Assembly (NCBI GenBank): GCA_013265495.1
Contig: MU058423.1
Span: forward strand, 3,611,061 to 3,675,060
From: Vicugna vicugna
Taxonomy: Eukaryota
DNA: 64,000 nt
Reading direction: 5' to 3'
Shown: positions 59,355 to 64,000 of the stretch, one piece after another
Numbering within the stretch: position 1 is the first letter of the stretch
How the letters are laid out: each line of letters opens with the position of its first letter
Translations under genes and position numbers: made by a program
Notes under the pieces: model-generated
Seen by the model: only the letters and a program-made list of their open reading frames with translations
Databases searched by the model: none
Told to the model about the DNA's origin: nothing

Positions 59355-61788
59355 TTCATCACCATGAGAGCTGTCTTATGAGAGATGCTAAAAGAAATTT
59401 TTCAAGTTGAAATGAAAAGATTCTAACAATATGAAAAAAATATGAAAGTATAAAACATATTCTAGTACTGTAGTGGTGGTGCATAAATTCCTTTTAACTC
59501 TAATGTAAAAAGTTATAAGACAGAATTATTTAAAATAACTATAGTTACAATAATTTGTATAGATATACAATACATAAAAGATATAAACTGTGACATCAAT
59601 AACATAAAATGTGAGGGGAGAAGAAGTTAAAGTGTAGAGTTTTTGTATACAATCAAAGTTAAGTTATTATCAGCTTAAAACAGACTGTTATAACTATGAG
59701 ATGTTTTACAGAAGTCTCATGGTAATCACAAAGAAAAAAACCTATAGAAGATACACAAAAGATAAAGAGAAAGGAATCAAAGTGTACCACTACCAAAAAA
59801 TCATCAAATCACAGAGGAAGACAGCAAGAGAGGAAGAAAGGAACAAGGAACTGCAAAAGTCAGAAAACAATTAAGAAAATGGCAATAGTAAGTACTTACC
59901 TATCAATAATTACTTTCAATGTAACTGTATTAAAATTGTCAGTCAGAGGATATAGAGAAGCTGAATGGATTAAAAAACCAGGATCCAATTATAGGTTTCT
60001 CAAAAGACTCACTGTAACTTTAAGGACACACATAGACTGGAAATGGAAGGATGGAGAAACATATTCCATGCATTGAAAAAAAAAAGAAGAGAATAGGGAT
60101 GCCTATACTTATATCAGATAAAATTGATTTTAAATAAAAAAATGTCAAGAGTGAAAGGTCATTATATATGATGAAAGGGTTAATTCATCAAGAGGATACA
60201 GCAACTGTAAAAATATATGCACCAAACATTGGAGCACCTAAAAACATAAAACAAAATGTTAACAGAACTGAAGGGTAAAATAAACAGTAATACAATATAG
60301 TAGGGAATCTCAATACCTCATTTTCAACAATGGTTAGATTATCTAGACAGAAAATCAATAGGGAAACAGTGGACTTGATCATTATAGATCAAACAGATAT
60401 AGCAGAAATATACAGAACATTCTACCTAACAGCAGCAGAATATACATTGCTTACATGTACACATGGTACATTCTTCATGATGGATTATATGTTAGGTCAC
60501 AAAACAAGTCTTGCCAAATTTGAGAAGGTTGAAATCATATCAAGTATATTTCTGACCACAATAGTTTGAAACTAAAAATCAGTAACAGGAGAAAGATTGG
60601 AAAATTCTCAAATGTGGAGATTAAACAGTTCACTCCAGTACAACCAATTGGCAAAGGAAATCCAAAGGGGAATAAAAAAAACCTTGAGACAAATGAAATG
60701 GAAACACAACATATCAAAACCTGTGGGATACAGCAAAAGCAATCCTAAGAGGGAAATGTACAGTGATAAACTCCTACGTTAAGAGAAAAAGAAAGATGTC
60801 AAATAAATAACGTAACTTTACACCTCAAAGAACTAGAAAAAGAAGAATAACATAAGCACAAAGTTAGTAGAAGAAAGGAAATTATAAAAATCAAAGCAGA
60901 AAAAAAATAGCAACTCTAGAAACGGTAGAAAAGATCAACAAAACTAGAGATTGGATTTTGAAAAGTTAAACAATATTGACAAATATTTAGCCAGACTGAG
61001 AATAGAAGAGAGAAGACTTAAATAAATAAAATTATAAATGAAAGAGGAGATGTTAATATTGATACCACAGAAATACACAGGATCATAAGAGTACTATGAG
61101 TACTATGGACAATTATACATCAATAGATTGGACAACCTGGAAGAAATGGATAAATTCCTAGAAACATACAACCTACCAAGATCGAATCATGAAGAAATAG
61201 AAAATCTGAACATACCAATAACAAGTAAAGTGATTGAATCATTAATCAAAAACTTCTCAACAAAGAAAAGCCCCAGTATGATGACTTCACTAGTGCAGTC
61301 TACCAAACATGGAAAGAACCAATACCAATTTTTCCCAAACTCTTCCAAAAAATGTAAGAGAGAACATCTCCAAACTTATTTTATGAAGCCATCATTACCC
61401 TGACACCAAAGCCAGACAGGGATATTACCAGGAAAGAAAATTGCTGCCCGATATCCCTGATGAATATTGTTGTAAAACTCTTCAGTAAAATACTAGCAAA
61501 TCAAATTCAACAACACATTGAAAGGATAATAAACCATGATCAAATGGGAGTTATCCCTGAGATGCAAGGAGAGTTCAACATACACAAATTAATAAATGTG
61601 ATGTATCACACTAATAGAATGAAGGATAAAAATTAAAAGATCATCTCAACAGATGCAGAAAAAGCATTTGACAAAAATTCAACATCCATTTATAATAAAA
61701 ACTTTCAACAAACTAGGTATAGAAGGAAGCTACCTCAGCATAATAAAGGCCACACACGACGAGCCTACAGCCAGCATCATGGTCAATG
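59355..61788 (+). mobile_element. Old LINE-1 fragment: ORF1 end, long inter-ORF spacer, ORF2 endonuclease to RT start (decayed)
   Basis: ORF2 start MAIVSTYLSIITFNV at 59879; [47 protein letters not shown] motifs; many frameshifts. Confidence 0.95.
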
Positions 61789-61827
61789 AACTTAACAAAT
61801 TTAAAAGATACTTTAAAAGAAACCACA

Positions 61828-61961
61828 ACTTTATTGGGGGTATAATTGACAAATAAAATTGTATATATTTACAGTGTACAACATACTATTTTGATATATG
61901 TATACACCATGAAATGATTACCACAATAAAGGTAACATATCTGTCACCTCCAATAGTTAGC
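61828..61961 (-). mobile_element. L1MA-type 3' terminus
   Basis: actttattggggtataattgacaaataaaattgtatatatttacagtgtacaac...aaatgattaccacaat. Confidence 0.85.
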
Positions 61962-62079
61962 TATACTATATCTCATACTGTTCTTTTCAGGCTTTTGTAT
62001 TTCATTCAGTGATTTAGTAGCCTTTCATTTGTTTCCATTTCATGAAATAATTTATCTATAAAGAAATTTTCTGTACCTT

Positions 62080-62265
62080 GCGTTTGAATCCTGGATTAGG
62101 CATATACTGGTTGTGTGAGCTCTCTCTAAGCTTTTTTTTTTTTCTGTAAAACTTGGAAAATATAAATCCCATCATAAGGGTAAGAGAGGTTAAAGAGTTA
62201 AGACATGTAAGTCACTTAGTGCAATCTCAAGCAGACGGTAAGTGCCTAATAAGTGTAACTATTAA
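62080..62265 (+). mobile_element. MIR SINE
   Basis: gtttgaatcctgg...tctgtaaaa...atgtaagtcacttagtgcaa...gtaagtgcctaataagtg. Confidence 0.7.
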
Positions 62266-64000
62266 ATGTAATCGTTAAGTATTAACTCGTTGATAATGGT
62301 CCTTTGCCTGTTTGAAAGACAAATCTTGGAAACTTTCTTTCTTAATTATTGACTAATAACTTCTTGAGTCTACTCATTGAATTCATAAATTTGGGTCTAC
62401 TTTGATGTTAATTTTTCCATCAATTTCATTAAGGTTTCCAGAAGTTTTAGTATACCATTTTGCATAATATTGTGGTTTCTTTTAAAATATCTTTTAAATT
62501 TGTTAAGTTCATGTGTTTGTTTTAATTCTCTAAATTATCCAGAGGTATTTTATTCACTTTTTTCCAAGGAGTTATCTTTTTAAATGTATTTATCAATTCT
62601 GCCATCGGTTGCATTTAAGTGTCTGGGGTGGCAGCATGTGCTACTTATCAAAGTAAACAGAGCAGAACCTGCGCACTGTTAGATGTCGCAGATGGGGTGG
62701 ACTCCCTTGATGCCTTCCACCCTTCTTTGATCCAGTCTCTACTTACACCCTTTAAATGGAATATCTAAGGAGGAACCAAATAGATCAGTCTTTAGTAAGT
62801 ACTTTGAACTTTTACATTTTTTGAAAGGAATCTGAAATGAATCTTTACTTTTATTATTCCAGAACTTTAGGGCAGCACGAACACATTCTGAACAAGGTGG
62901 TATTATGAACCTTATAAACAAATGAGGAACTACTAGAATTCTTTTGTAAAATGTATGTGTGAGTGTATGGGTGTTTTCATCATATCTCGGGCTTCAAAAT
63001 CTATTAAGTTTGGCACCAAATGAGCCATTTAAATCTACCTACTGCCTGAATCATTTCACCAGAGACGTGACTAGGGGTATGTTATGAATATTGGGAATGG
63101 ATGCTAAGAAAGTGTTCCTGGGTGAGTTACAGTTGCCTGCAACGTAGAGTACAACCAGCTCGTGGATAGATGGAAATTGTGATTATGCTGCTTAAGAAAA
63201 AAACTCCTCGTCTTTGCTGAGATTCCTGAGATACTCTTGTCAAGGACATGCTGATGATCCTATTTATAACCCTGGAATCTGTGCTGAGCCAAGTTCTCCA
63301 GACAATGAGAAATGTATTTCAATGCTATTTTTTTGTGCTGACATCATTTAGGATAATTTCTCCATCTACACTTAAAGAATTTTTCCAGGACCCTAACAGA
63401 TGGAGTAAACATCAAATGCCAGACTACTATCTAATTGAGGCCATCACCCAACTGGGTCACAAATTGAAGGACAGAGCAGTTATTATTTTATATGTATTTG
63501 TTTTTCTGATTCTTCTTGCTGATCAATAAAGTTCTTTTGATGGTGTTAGTTGAAAAGTCAATATTTTATTCTGGGAAGCGTATGCACTATTTCTAAGATG
63601 GACTCATTCCTATTTTGCCTTCATACTTTAATTTTTGGTTCTCAGTTTAAATATTTGGGAGAAAATATGCCAGCCCTATTGTTGACTATTTCTGTCCTCA
63701 TATTCAAGCCTATCAAGCATGACGCTAACGTTCCCACGTTGCCTGTTTTACTTATCAAATCCAAACCTACATCATAAAGCTTCAGAGTCACTAAGACTGT
63801 GAATATCATCCCCAGGATAGTGGAGCATTGTGTCTAAGTAGATGATATTCGAAATGCCTCTTCATTCTTTGAGCTGCGTAAAGCTATGTAATAAAATGTA
63901 TATGTTAAGCTTTTCTTATTTCATTTCTCACCATCTAGCTTCTGAGAAATAAAAGCAAAGGAACAATTAAAAAAAATAAATCCATGGAGGTGAGGAAGTG

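Noticed and set aside
59879..61788. L1 ORF2 as an active reverse transcriptase/endonuclease gene
   Set aside because: It has many stops and frameshifts and is truncated before the RT catalytic core.
1..64000. A novel multi-gene system (defence island, CRISPR, operon, endogenous viral genes)
   Set aside because: The DNA is eukaryotic, repeat-rich and non-coding. There are no long ORFs, no repeat-spacer arrays and no gag/pol/env or transposase ORFs; the LTRs are solo and the DNA transposons are MITEs.

Overview
This window is mammalian non-coding genomic DNA, intergenic or intronic. It is very probably camelid (alpaca/llama/camel), because it holds two tRNA-derived SINEs of the camelid Vic-1 type and I saw no Alu, B1/B2, Bov-tA or PRE-1 SINEs. 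I find no recognisable host protein-coding gene, RNA gene or CRISPR. The only ORFs with recognisable homology are LINE-1 ORF1/ORF2 fragments. Roughly half the window is layered transposon debris: L3/CR1, L2, MIR, MaLR/ERVL/Gypsy solo LTRs, hAT and Tigger MITEs, and L1 of several ages, with several readable nested insertions. Repeat family names come from remembered consensus motifs, and most boundaries are approximate. The best observations are: (i) a three-layer L1 nest at 55.7-59.4 kb, containing an ORF1-only L1 that ends just after an internal AATAAA, inside a twin-primed (5'-inverted) L1; (ii) an old local duplication of a MER33 that preserves the empty site of a later SINE insertion; (iii) several repeat-free blocks with enhancer-like motif clusters (K50 homeodomain cluster inside an inverted repeat, a perfect RFX X-box, AP-1/FOX/homeobox); (iv) a few well-formed + strand exon candidates that could belong to a lncRNA. 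I see no convincing evidence of a new biological system.
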